Made by a program: the position numbers and the translations under genes. A DNA stretch of 64,000 bases from Candidatus Bathyarchaeota archaeon (GTDB lineage: Archaea; Thermoproteota; Bathyarchaeia; 40CM-2-53-6), in contig CAVSBL010000002.1 in assembly GCA_963726255.1 (NCBI GenBank), positions 448,001 through 512,000 on the forward strand, read 5' to 3'. The notes beneath the pieces were generated by a model. That model was not told the origin of the DNA, made no database searches, and saw only the letters and a list, made by a program, of their open reading frames with translations. Shown here piece by piece: positions 10,126 to 19,606 of the stretch. Position 1 is the first letter of the stretch; each line of letters opens with the position of its first letter.

Positions 10126-10681
10126 GAAGCTTCGTGATCTCCGCTAGAATCTCTTCTTCTGCGGCGCCGCGAAGAATCATCTCGTTTGTTGCAGCCGTAT
10201 GCGCTAAGAGTCCATACATGGCAGCACGCATCTGGTTCTGCGCGGCGAGTTGCTCGCATTGTGAAAGTTCGTAAATCTGATCGAAGGCGGTTTCCATCTT
10301 CTGGTATAATTTGTTCCTGCGCTCTTGCCGTGCTTGGGCTGCATGAACATTCACCGATCCTTTCTGTTCTTTGAGTGGTTGCTTGTAGGCTTCGGCGAGG
10401 GCTTGGTGGATGAGGCTGTTGGCGTAGCGGAGGCGTTCCAGGATATTTGAGTTGACTGTTAGCTTCGACAAGTGTCGCCAAAGAGCCTCCTCAACGATGC
10501 GGCTTCGGGTCATGTGTTTGTAGTCTGCGGCTTCCTGTAGGGCGAGGTATTGTGTTGCGGATAGTTGGAGTTGCATACGGAAGCTGCGCGGGAAGCCTGT
10601 GATGCGTTTGCGGTGCACCCGCCCCCGGTGGGTTGAAATGTAGCCTATTCGCGGGCGAGATGATGTGGTTTCGGCCTGCAT
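10049..10681 (-). CDS. Hypothetical helical protein (RHH-like segment, coiled coil) upstream of the terminase
   Basis: 210-aa ORF overlapping the terminase start; TRSRIVEEALWRHL. Confidence 0.6.
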   Translation of the reverse strand: MQAETTSSRPRIGYISTHRGRVHRKRITGFPRSFRMQLQLSATQYLALQEAADYKHMTRSRIVEEALWRHLSKLTVNSNILERLRYANSLIHQALAEAYKQPLKEQKGSVNVHAAQARQERRNKLYQKMETAFDQIYELSQCEQLAAQNQMRAAMYGLLAHTAATNEMILRGAAEEEILAEITKLREEQRAFEEATRQLEEQAKTATGKA

Positions 10682-10746
10682 AATGGCGCCATTCCAGCTT
10701 TGCCTTGGTCAATTGTCTACTCGCACGCTTGCTGGTTGGGGGAGCA

Positions 10747-10770
10747 AATAGGTTTATTGGTGAACCTATT
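10747..10770. promoter_or_regulatory. Inverted repeat (candidate operator) between divergent genes
   Basis: AATAGGTT-N8-AACCTATT. Confidence 0.4.
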
Positions 10771-10796
10771 GTACCTATCACGGACGGTGGGTACAG

Positions 10797-11543
10797 TTGA
10801 GGTCGAGAGGGCATGAGGTTAGGGCGGAAGACCCAGACCGCCGATTCATGGTCCTATACGCGATTCAGCGAGGAGCGAAGCGTTTCAACCAGATCTGGTT
10901 CGATAGCGAAGTCAGGGACGTGATCCATAGTAGGCTTACGCTCTCGCGGTACTTGAAAGCGCTAGAGAAGGAGGGCGTAATCAAGCGCAGCCCTGTATCG
11001 CACAAACATGTTGAATACGAGATTGCCGCAGGCGAACAGAGCAGTTGGGTGCTCGCCGCACAAGAGTCAGGTTTTGTCCCCTTCGACATTGAAGTGTTCC
11101 AGTTGATACTCAAGAGCATACGGGACAAAGCAAGCGGCTTGGACATAGCGTTGAACTACGCTTTCAGACGATTCTTTGAAGAAGAAATCAACGACGCCAC
11201 CGCCAAGATCATGGGCGGCATGCCCCAATACCGAAAACCCCTAGCCGAAGCCATGAAACTCACACATACCCCACACGAGAAAATTAATGAGGATTGGAGC
11301 GATGACATGATCACGTGGAGGTCAAGACGATACTACATGTTCCTGAAAAATCTACGGAGTTTGCTGCTCGAGGAACCTGAACATGTGGAGATATACCTTA
11401 AGGAAAGACCGTGGCTACGCCGGCCGAAAGAAAACAGGAATGGTGCCATTCTACATATAGAACGAATCTTGGCAGAGAAATACCCTCACACGCCGGGCGG
11501 GCTCGAACTCAAACACGCACTGAGGCAGGGAGAAAAATCGTAG
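10797..11543 (+). CDS. Winged-helix DNA-binding protein
   Basis: KRFNQI..SRLTLSRYLKALEKEGVIKR..VEYEI. Confidence 0.75.
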   Translation: MRSRGHEVRAEDPDRRFMVLYAIQRGAKRFNQIWFDSEVRDVIHSRLTLSRYLKALEKEGVIKRSPVSHKHVEYEIAAGEQSSWVLAAQESGFVPFDIEVFQLILKSIRDKASGLDIALNYAFRRFFEEEINDATAKIMGGMPQYRKPLAEAMKLTHTPHEKINEDWSDDMITWRSRRYYMFLKNLRSLLLEEPEHVEIYLKERPWLRRPKENRNGAILHIERILAEKYPHTPGGLELKHALRQGEKS

Positions 11544-11576
11544 TTCGGGAGTGCTCGAGTTGCAGTCCCACGAATC

Positions 11577-11604
11577 GTGGGTTCGAATCCCACCGGCCCC
11601 ACTA
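11577..11604 (+). repeat. Family-B tRNA 3'-half remnant (Pro/Trp-like acceptor strand)
   Basis: GTGGGTTCGAATCCCACCGGCCCCACTA; no matching 5' half. Confidence 0.75.
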
Positions 11605-11790
11605 CTTTCGATCAGATATTCTCATATCTATGAGAGACAACAAGGAACATCGGAGTTCCCAACACACGTCGGTTTTATAGTTCGTTCTGCAGCTTGAACC
11701 CCTTATATATGCACGGTTGAAAATTACATAGGGAATAATGATAAGCCAATTAACTATACTCCTTACCATATTTACCTAATTGTTTACGCT

Positions 11791-13824
11791 TTGCGAGCCG
11801 TTCTCCTAACTCTTCTCGTTCTAGTTGTGGCTTCAGTTTCAGTTCAATCGCTAGCTATACCGAAGGGAGGTGCCTTCTCGCCTAGCCAATACGCAGGCAC
11901 GCAAGTGACCTACACGATTACCCTCAAGGGCGCCGACAAGACCACCCTTTCGATTGACGGCGGAACCGGGATCGAGTTCTCCAAGACAAAGACGGTAACG
12001 TTGGACGGATCAAAGTCGCACACCTTTCAAGTCCTTCAGGTAATTTGCCAGAGTGGATGGGAATGTGGAAACCAGGTCAGCGACTGGAAAAAAGGCATGA
12101 GGCTTTCCGCCAACCAATTGACTTGGACGGTCCCAGCAGGCACAACAGAAACAAGAACCTACACAGAAACATACTACGATTATGAATGGGTGTGCACGTC
12201 TTACGACGTCCATGGGTGCACCTCTGGATATTATGTAACGGTACCATACACGCAAGTGTACACTCAGAAGATTTTCACGCCTCCTTGCAAGCCATGCCAA
12301 TACACATTCGAGTATACGCCCCAGTATCGCTTAGTTTGGGAAGACGAGCATAGCTCGGCAGGGCTTTACCAATGGTTTGACTCCTGCGCATCGGTTACAC
12401 TGCTACCGCCCAGCCAGTACAGTTCTTTAGGTCACCCGGACACGGTTGCAGGCGCTGCTGGCGTGAGGTATGCCTTCGGAGGTTGGGCGATAGATGACTC
12501 ACGGTCGGTAGCGAATCAGGTTCAGATGTGCGCCCCTCACAAAGCCACCGCCACCTATCTCACACAATATCAACTGCTGGTTAGCGCTGCATGCAACGAG
12601 CTTAATCCACAAGGAGAGGGCTGGTTCAATGAAGGTGAAACTGCAACCATCTCAGTCGACCCCCAGGTGCCAATACCCGGCTGGCAGGGAACTCTGGGTG
12701 GAACATACGTTTTCGACGGATGGGAGGAAAGGCCTGCTGGGAACATTGCATTTCAGACGCCTACAGCGAACGTGATCATGAACCGGCCCCAAGCCTACTT
12801 CGCGAGATGTAGAGTGGACTACGCCGGGCCCGCTATCGGCGGCGGCATAATCGCCATCATAATAATTTTGGGCGGCATAATCGTCATATGTCGTATCACC
12901 CGCGGCCGCTGGATCATATGTCGCATCTTAGGCCGGAGGTTCGGCCCTATCTTCGGCGGCAGGGGAGGCCAGCCCCTAGGCGGCGGCGTTGGTGGTGGCG
13001 GCTTACTCCCACCGAACGTGACCGGAAACGCCACGTTGACCGGGCCGAACGGAACCCAAACACCATTGACTGCTGGTAACCTGAATCAAGTTGGTCCCGG
13101 AACAACCGTGGACACGGGGCCTCAGTCTTTCGTCCGCGTGGCAACCCCAGCAGCATCCAATTCACAGTCTGTAATTGGACAGCAATCAAGAGTCAGTTGG
13201 CTTGACCCCAATCCCAAGACGCCCATTCCTTGGTTGAAATTCCCCGGACTCTCCCAAATTTACAACGCTGGCAGTTTGCTGCTGCGAGTTGACTTCGGAA
13301 AAATGCTCCTCAGCTGGGCGGAACGAGCCGCAACGCAAGAGGCAGTGATAATCCTCCCTGCCAGCCTAATCGGAGCGGCGACCTCGGCCGCGATGAGTAG
13401 GTGGCTTGCTCGCGTCAGAGGAACCATGGTGCTCATTGAAGCTGTTCAAGACGGCACGGCTGCGGCCATAACGGTTCTCGAAGGAGACGAGAGCAAAGCG
13501 AGCAGCGCGGAACTCTGGCGAAGCGACGACCTGAACAAGGTTATTCAAGTCCGCGCCGGCGAACGCGTGGTTCTGCAAACAGGCCGACACCCAACAAAGA
13601 CTACCGTTGATTTAGCGAAAGGTTTGACACGGCAGTTACAAGACCCATTTGGAACTCTCCACAAATGGTGGAAACTGCCGTCGATGTCAGACGAAACCAA
13701 CGCCGCCCTTACCGTCCTCGGCCCCGAGGGGCCCGTCGCCAACGACTGCCCCAACTGCGGCGAACCAATTAGACCGGGAAAGAAGTTCTGCATGAAATGC
13801 GGAACACGAAAAAACCAGACTTAA
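11791..13824 (+). CDS. Membrane-anchored surface protein: signal peptide, Cys-rich and repeat ectodomain, TM, Gly-rich linker, FecR-like domain, C-terminal zinc ribbon
   Basis: YVFDGWE repeats; TM IIAIIIILGGIIVI; VRGTMVLI..ITVLEG..VRAGERV; CPNCG..FCMKCG. Confidence 0.7.
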   Translation: MRAVLLTLLVLVVASVSVQSLAIPKGGAFSPSQYAGTQVTYTITLKGADKTTLSIDGGTGIEFSKTKTVTLDGSKSHTFQVLQVICQSGWECGNQVSDWKKGMRLSANQLTWTVPAGTTETRTYTETYYDYEWVCTSYDVHGCTSGYYVTVPYTQVYTQKIFTPPCKPCQYTFEYTPQYRLVWEDEHSSAGLYQWFDSCASVTLLPPSQYSSLGHPDTVAGAAGVRYAFGGWAIDDSRSVANQVQMCAPHKATATYLTQYQLLVSAACNELNPQGEGWFNEGETATISVDPQVPIPGWQGTLGGTYVFDGWEERPAGNIAFQTPTANVIMNRPQAYFARCRVDYAGPAIGGGIIAIIIILGGIIVICRITRGRWIICRILGRRFGPIFGGRGGQPLGGGVGGGGLLPPNVTGNATLTGPNGTQTPLTAGNLNQVGPGTTVDTGPQSFVRVATPAASNSQSVIGQQSRVSWLDPNPKTPIPWLKFPGLSQIYNAGSLLLRVDFGKMLLSWAERAATQEAVIILPASLIGAATSAAMSRWLARVRGTMVLIEAVQDGTAAAITVLEGDESKASSAELWRSDDLNKVIQVRAGERVVLQTGRHPTKTTVDLAKGLTRQLQDPFGTLHKWWKLPSMSDETNAALTVLGPEGPVANDCPNCGEPIRPGKKFCMKCGTRKNQT

Positions 13825-13853
13825 TCAGATGAACGAAGAATGCTGACGGTTCT

Positions 13854-14720
13854 ATGAACCAGCGACTTGCAGTCGGTATCTTGCTAGTTGTTTCTGCATT
13901 GATATTGTTGACGTATTCATCAGTACCTACGCAACCTACGCAAGTGTCAGTAACAACAACACTGCCGACCTCCACAACAGTTGTTACTACTTATTCAAAG
14001 TACGTAACGAGTACGAGTTGTATTTCTAATTGCTCCCCCTTGGACTATGCGTACCTCTCGCCGCTGACCCCACACTTTTCGGGAAGCAAGATCTTGAACC
14101 CTCCTAGCGCACAATATGGTTGCACTTATGACGACGCCAATTTCGAGGCTCAATCAGGTCAGGTGTATGCAATTGCAATAAGTTCCGATCACGAAGTCTC
14201 TTTTTACATCTTACCGTCAGACGCGTTCGAGGCATGGATGGCCGGTACGACTTGCCAAGTCTCCGCCATTGGTTTAGGCTCGGGAGACGTGACCAGTGCA
14301 TCCTCGCTCAATTTTGTAATCCCAGAGAGCGGAACCTATTACATTCTGTTCATGAACAATTCGCACGATAACGCTGCCAACTTAAGCTATCTGGGGCAAA
14401 TGATTGGTTCAGCTACGGTAACAACGGCTGTCGTTACCACTTCTTCTGTTTGGAGAGAATACCTTACTTCAACTGAGACATCTAACTTGAGCCCATCTGC
14501 GACCACCTCGTTATTCTCTTCGTCTAGGAGCCTGGTTTTTGCTGCAATCGCGTTCCTTCTCATAGCGCTCGCCGGAGCACTTTTCATCCGGCAAAGATTG
14601 TGGGTAAAAGGAAAGACCCGCAGAATCAAGAAAGCCGGAACAAAGTCTTGCCCAATATGCAACAGTCTTCTGCCGGAGTCCGCTCAGTTCTGCGATGAGT
14701 GTGGCTCCCACCAGACATAA
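13854..14720 (+). CDS. Membrane protein with Ser/Thr-rich ectodomain and C-terminal zinc ribbon
   Basis: Signal peptide, IPESGTYYILFMN, TM, CPIC..FCDECG. Confidence 0.75.
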   Translation: MNQRLAVGILLVVSALILLTYSSVPTQPTQVSVTTTLPTSTTVVTTYSKYVTSTSCISNCSPLDYAYLSPLTPHFSGSKILNPPSAQYGCTYDDANFEAQSGQVYAIAISSDHEVSFYILPSDAFEAWMAGTTCQVSAIGLGSGDVTSASSLNFVIPESGTYYILFMNNSHDNAANLSYLGQMIGSATVTTAVVTTSSVWREYLTSTETSNLSPSATTSLFSSSRSLVFAAIAFLLIALAGALFIRQRLWVKGKTRRIKKAGTKSCPICNSLLPESAQFCDECGSHQT

Positions 14721-14905
14721 TGGGAATGACCGTCCTTGAGAAAAACGCCAAAACCAGAATCGAAACCTAACCTTACTTTCCCTCCTCTTCGTTTCGTAAT
14801 GGTGCCGCTCGTATTTTCGCTTCTCTCACCCCTAGTTTTGAACACGTTCCTAAACATCCTCTTGAAGGCTCAGACTCGGTTCGAACACATCTTGGAAGCG
14901 ACGGC

Positions 14906-15301
14906 TTGAGCAACCCATCGTTTTGTCCAGTCTGCCGCGCTAGGCTTCCGAGCGATGCTACGCTGTGCGAAGAATGCGGAACTTCTATCAGCAAGAAGGC
15001 GGTGCAGACGTCAGAGCGAACGATAGTCGGCCCCGTTGTCCGACATAAGAATCCCTTGCTGGCAGCGATACTAAGTTTCTTCATTCCAGGGCTTGGCCAA
15101 TGGTATTTGCGCAGATGGAAGAGTGGAGCAGCCTGGTTTTTCGGATCAATACTATTGGTTGTCATACTGGACGGGCTTCTAGGGGCGTTGTCCTACTTTT
15201 TGTCACTGGACGTGACGGGCCCTGCAGTTTGGGCGATAGTTGTAGGAGGTTTAGTGATTCGGATTGCTAGCGCATGGCACGCTAGAAAGTTGGCCGATTG
15301 A
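14906..15301 (+). CDS. Zinc-ribbon plus TM2-like membrane protein
   Basis: CPVC..CEECG; KNPLLAAILSFFIPGLGQWY. Confidence 0.75.
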   Translation: MSNPSFCPVCRARLPSDATLCEECGTSISKKAVQTSERTIVGPVVRHKNPLLAAILSFFIPGLGQWYLRRWKSGAAWFFGSILLVVILDGLLGALSYFLSLDVTGPAVWAIVVGGLVIRIASAWHARKLAD

Positions 15302-15423
15302 AGCTGCGAGCAAAGCAACAAAATTGTTCGACTTGTTCCGAATCTTCAACCGACAACGGGCGATTGGTGGGAAAAAGCACAGGGTTGTAGTTAAGGTGAG
15401 AGTGAAGGTTCCGGAGGGCCACA

Positions 15424-15915
15424 GTGACCATGGTTCCTGAGGGTTCGGGTCGTCGGATGAACACGGAAGCATATCGAGCTGAAGCTAACAAGCTCAAGAA
15501 ACTTTACCCCGATGAATTCCTTGCGTTCATTGACGGACAGCTTGTGGGTCACAGTAAAGAAAGCGCCGAACTGTTTTCTGAAATGAGGAGAAGAGAGATT
15601 GGCGGGAACACACTCTCGATTTTCTACACCGGCTCCAACGATACACCAACTACAGGGTCTGTAGGAGAGCTATGCCCAAATTGTAACGCTCCACTCGCGC
15701 CCCCTCCCGCAATATTTTGCCAAGATTGCGGTTATCTTTCACGTTGCGAAAAATGTATGAACCTCATGCCAATTGACGCCGAATTTTGTGGGAAATGCGG
15801 CCCTACTCCACCAGATACGACGAGAACCGACGAGGAGAAGGCTAAGGTCAGGACGACACGTTACTACGCGACATTAGGTCAAGGAAGACCTAATCCGGAC
15901 GAGATGAAACATTAG
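15424..15915 (+). CDS. DUF5678-like domain plus double zinc ribbon
   Basis: LKKLYPDEFLAFIDGQLVGHSK; four CxxC motifs. Confidence 0.6.
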   Translation: MTMVPEGSGRRMNTEAYRAEANKLKKLYPDEFLAFIDGQLVGHSKESAELFSEMRRREIGGNTLSIFYTGSNDTPTTGSVGELCPNCNAPLAPPPAIFCQDCGYLSRCEKCMNLMPIDAEFCGKCGPTPPDTTRTDEEKAKVRTTRYYATLGQGRPNPDEMKH

Positions 15916-16011
15916 GGTTGAAAAAGATCTCTTGGCAGTGTCTAATCGTAAACAAAAATGATGAGACCGATTATCCAAAGCGGGCAATTGGCGGAGGTTA
16001 GTAGGGTCTAA

Positions 16012-16845
16012 ATGAAATGTCCAACGTGCAAGTCGCCTGAGGTTATTCGGATCGTCTACGGCCTTCCAGTAGATCGCGAAGAGGCAATGAAAGCAGACAG
16101 AGAAGGCAAAATCAAGTTAGGGGGCTGTATTGTCGGAGAAGAAAGCCCGAATTTCACTTGCAAGAGTTGTGGAAAGGAATGGCTCACGTTATACCTGGAA
16201 ACAAAACTGGCCTCGCAAGAGGTACTTGCGACAAGTGTGGATTCTCTTAAGCAGCTCGGATACGTGACCAGTATTCACGGGAATGAGATTCAAGCCATTA
16301 AGACTAGACGAATCTTGGACCCTCACGGTGGAGCTATCATAGTCACCATCGAGCATGATGGGGTATCAATAAACTACGAAGGAAGGAAGGCGTTTACGGA
16401 CGCGAAAGACCTCCTCGAAACTCTAAAAGAATCTCATCGAAAGCAAATAAGACGAGAAGCCTTACGCGACCTTTTGGGGCAAGAACGAAGGAATCTCGAA
16501 ATAGCCACGTATGATAGGGAGCTCCTAGAAAGGAACCTCATAGCGCTAAGATTTGGTCAATGGCTTCAGACCTCGCTCAGACCATTTCAGAATTCAGCGC
16601 CGGTTCCTCGTCTTTACGACGCCGTCGTTGATAATCACGAAACTAATCTTGGTGTAATGAACCGCGATTTCAAAGCCAGGGAGGACCTCAGGAACGACAA
16701 GTCGCTCGCGAAGCTTGGCGATTTTCGAAGCATACTGCACAATACCGACGAGAAGCTTCTAGAGAGGCTCAAACTCTTGACCTATGAGATTAATTCTGTA
16801 ATTCAGACATGCGATCAGACCATCCGTTCTGATACTGTACCGTGA
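16012..16845 (+). CDS. Hypothetical protein with N-terminal zinc ribbon
   Basis: CPTCKS..IVYGLP..LGGCIV..CKSCGKEW. Confidence 0.65.
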   Translation: MKCPTCKSPEVIRIVYGLPVDREEAMKADREGKIKLGGCIVGEESPNFTCKSCGKEWLTLYLETKLASQEVLATSVDSLKQLGYVTSIHGNEIQAIKTRRILDPHGGAIIVTIEHDGVSINYEGRKAFTDAKDLLETLKESHRKQIRREALRDLLGQERRNLEIATYDRELLERNLIALRFGQWLQTSLRPFQNSAPVPRLYDAVVDNHETNLGVMNRDFKAREDLRNDKSLAKLGDFRSILHNTDEKLLERLKLLTYEINSVIQTCDQTIRSDTVP

Positions 16846-16947
16846 TTGACGGCTTTGACTCCGACAAACTTGGCACCGAACAACTCGCTCAAGCGAGCGT
16901 TCGCGCGATAGCTTCGATACTGGGACTAGCCAGAAGCCACGATATTC

Positions 16948-16975
16948 GAGGGTTCGAATCCCTCCAAGCCCACGA
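16948..16975 (+). repeat. Family-B tRNA 3'-half remnant (variant)
   Basis: GAGGGTTCGAATCCCTCCAAGCCCACGA. Confidence 0.6.
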
Positions 16976-17097
16976 CCCAAGCAGACTCCGGTGACGATAT
17001 TTGTTTGTGTGGAACGATAAGTGTGGTTGGTGGGGGAAGACGCCGGCGCGCGGTTGCAAGGCAGCCGGCGAGAGGCACAAACTCCCGCCAATAATAC

Positions 17098-17210
17098 GCG
17101 GGGGTTGCCAAACCTTCGTTAACCGCTCACTTCACTTACCAGTTGCCTAGTGCTTAGGGATGTTGATTGTACCCACGATATTGGTGGGTACAAATCCCAC
17201 GGGCCCCACC
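17098..17210 (+). repeat. Chimeric tRNA-like element, copy 1
   Basis: GCGGGGGTTGCCAAACCTTCGT...ACCCACGATATTGGTGGGT-ACAAATCCCACGGGCCCCACC; both blocks recur at 24641-24740. Confidence 0.65.
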
Positions 17211-17349
17211 TTCTGCAGCGTGTTTTCTGGATGGGGCACAAGGGCATTCCTTGACTGATTCCAAAAGATTTCCTAGGCTGCCACTTTTATCTACATGCCG
17301 TCTGGATTCAATCTATTGCGTTGTTCGGAGAATGAAGCTTTAAGTTACC

Positions 17350-17384
17350 TTATGATATATATCATAATATCACAAATTTGTGAT
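17350..17384. promoter_or_regulatory. Two tandem perfect palindromes (candidate AbiEi autoregulatory operators)
   Basis: TTATGATATATATCATAA (17350-17367) and ATCACAAATTTGTGAT (17369-17384) just upstream of the ATG. Confidence 0.6.
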
Positions 17385-17396
17385 GTTGTGGTATGA

Positions 17397-18035
17397 ATGA
17401 AAACGGATATTTTGCTCAGAAAGCTCCGCATGGAGAATATGGAATTTGTCACATCAAAGGAGTTGAGAGCATATTGCAAGTCTTTGAAACTGGATTATGA
17501 CATTGTGATTAGGCATTTTGTTCCACGAGGGTACCTGGTAAGAATACTTAGGGGAATATTCTACGTCAAGTCTCTTGAAGAGTTGGAGCTGGCGAGACCA
17601 AAATACACTCATCTTGAACTCGTAGCGAAAGGTCTCGAACTCAAGAGTGTCAAGCATTGGTATTTCGGCCTGCACACGGCGCTCAAGCTCAATAACATGA
17701 CCCACGAGAGCTTTACGGTTGAAGATGTTGTTAATGACAAGTTGTTCCGCGCGAACCCTATCGCTATTGCGGGCTACAAGTTCAAGTTCTCCAGATTGTC
17801 GCCGTCTCTGCTCGATTTTGGCATAAAGAAAGGAAACAACGGCGTTAGGTATTCCGATCCAGAAAAAACAATTCTTGATTTCATCTACTTATGGAGATAC
17901 AACGGCATCCCTGAAGAGAAGATTGCGGCTGATGTTAGCGGCTGGGCAAAGAGTGTGGCGAGAGTGAAGCTCAGGGCGTATGCGAAGAAGTATCCGAAGA
18001 CGGTGGCGGAGATTGCAGCGAGGGTGGCAAAGTGA
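17397..18035 (+). CDS. AbiEi-like type IV TA antitoxin / transcriptional regulator
   Basis: LVRILRGIFYV, WYFGLHTAL, YSDPEKTILDFIY. Confidence 0.8.
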   Translation: MKTDILLRKLRMENMEFVTSKELRAYCKSLKLDYDIVIRHFVPRGYLVRILRGIFYVKSLEELELARPKYTHLELVAKGLELKSVKHWYFGLHTALKLNNMTHESFTVEDVVNDKLFRANPIAIAGYKFKFSRLSPSLLDFGIKKGNNGVRYSDPEKTILDFIYLWRYNGIPEEKIAADVSGWAKSVARVKLRAYAKKYPKTVAEIAARVAK

Positions 18036-18087
18036 GAGCGGATTTCTAAAAGGTTGCAAATTTCTTTCGGTTGTTGAGTAGGTCTAT

Positions 18088-18291
18088 CTAGTGGACACTT
18101 TCCGCCTTAACTACGCGATGCCAACGAGTACGACCACATTTAGGACATGGAATATACGCTTTCGTAGAAGTCTTAAGTACAAGATATGCGGGCCAGCCCC
18201 AACGAATCCACATTAACCCTTCCTTAATCTGCACGCAACCGCAAGTGAGACACATAACCTGGTACTCAACCATCTTCCTTCTCTTCCTCAC
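18088..18291 (-). CDS. Small zinc-ribbon protein
   Basis: CLTCG..CPKCG; GGAGG upstream. Confidence 0.55.
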   Translation of the reverse strand: MRKRRKMVEYQVMCLTCGCVQIKEGLMWIRWGWPAYLVLKTSTKAYIPCPKCGRTRWHRVVKAESVH

Positions 18292-18405
18292 TGGACCTCC
18301 TTAACATCATCCGTTCCGCGCTCCGTAATTTGCATCATGCGGCGGTCAACCGCCAGGTCAAAAGCCTTCGGTAAGGTGGCCTCGCCGATGCCCTATTCAG
18401 GTGTT

Positions 18406-18630
18406 CTAGTACCACCACATTGGGACGAAAGGTCGCCAGTAGTAAGTCGATTGGTACGTGTACTGTGGATAGAAGTACGGCTGTGCATAGTATCCGTAGA
18501 ACGGTGCATAAGATCCATAGAATCCTCCTCCACGCCCATACCTATTCGCATAGTAATACCCCACGTTACCGCCAACTGCTAACCCTATTGCTGCGCCAAG
18601 CCCGAGTGCCCCAAGTGCCAACCAAGCCAT
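18406..18630 (-). CDS. Small Tyr/Gly-rich protein with hydrophobic N-terminus
   Basis: MAWLALGALGLGAAIG..YGRGGGFYGSYAPFYGYY.. Confidence 0.65.
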   Translation of the reverse strand: MAWLALGALGLGAAIGLAVGGNVGYYYANRYGRGGGFYGSYAPFYGYYAQPYFYPQYTYQSTYYWRPFVPMWWY

Positions 18631-18669
18631 TTTGCTTCCCTTGTATAGTATTTCTAACGTTAAAACAAT

Positions 18670-18915
18670 TTAACGTTTGTTCTTGATTCTCGCCGTGGCT
18701 CTTAGGAGGGGCATCTTCTCCTCATCGTCAAACGAGAACACTTCCTCGATATGCGACCGTAACACTCTAGAGATCTTGTAAGCCAATCTAAGTGACGGAT
18801 TGTACTTGCCCTTCTCTAAGAAAAGAATCGTCTGCCTAGTAACTTCCACCTTATCCGCAAGCTGCTCCTGAGTTAACCCATACTTCTCCCTAAGTTCCTT
18901 AATCCTCGACTTCAT
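18670..18915 (-). CDS. XRE-family HTH regulator
   Basis: [29 protein letters not shown]. Confidence 0.92.
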   Translation of the reverse strand: MKSRIKELREKYGLTQEQLADKVEVTRQTILFLEKGKYNPSLRLAYKISRVLRSHIEEVFSFDDEEKMPLLRATARIKNKR

Positions 18916-18924
18916 GCAGTACCC

Positions 18925-19266
18925 TCACTCCGCCGGGCGAACGAGCTGATGGTAGACCCACGATGACACAAATACAATCACAGTGCCGATAAAAGCGATA
19001 CCCACCACCCGCTCTATAGCACGGCTAGTAGGCTGAATGAGCGGCAGATAAACAAGGGTGAACGTCAAGTCGACCAGCGTATACATGAATGCGTTTCTGC
19101 ACGCTGTTTTCAAGTTTTGATCCAAGCGCTCGTCAGTTCTTCTGATTAGAAATAAGTTGAAGACGCCAAAGGGGAAAAACAAGAAAAATCTGTAATTGCC
19201 GGTAACTAATCCTAGCAGCCCTACGAAGCCAAGCAGACCTAAGTAACCCATAGGGTTCCTGTGCAC
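18925..19266 (-). CDS. DUF3796-like membrane protein co-transcribed with the XRE regulator
   Basis: YLGLLGFVGLLG..DERLDQNLKTACRNAF. Confidence 0.65.
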   Translation of the reverse strand: MHRNPMGYLGLLGFVGLLGLVTGNYRFFLFFPFGVFNLFLIRRTDERLDQNLKTACRNAFMYTLVDLTFTLVYLPLIQPTSRAIERVVGIAFIGTVIVFVSSWVYHQLVRPAE

Positions 19267-19517
19267 TCGAACCGCCTCATGTCAACTATTTCTAACGTAC
19301 GAACTAGTTAACATTGCGTGCTGAGAACCGACGATGAACATCGAGCAGTTGGACTCTAGTCGACAGCCTATCGAACACGGCTACTCGTGCGGGCTGTTCT
19401 CGAACTCACGCTAATGATTCAGGACAAGGACACATAATACGTGATTGAGGGCAGTTTGTCCGAGGGAAACGACCCGATTAATCTTCCCGGGTTCATCGAG
19501 TGAAGGGGAGAATCACT

Positions 19518-19544
19518 GGGGTTCAAATCCCACCGGCCCCACCA
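19518..19544 (+). repeat. Family-B tRNA 3'-half remnant with CCA
   Basis: GGGGTTCAAATCCCACCGGCCCCACCA. Confidence 0.78.
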
Positions 19545-19606
19545 CGCGACACATCGTGGCTCGGTGGTTCTTCATAAGGGCCGCAGACCCTTGAACTCTA
19601 CATCTA

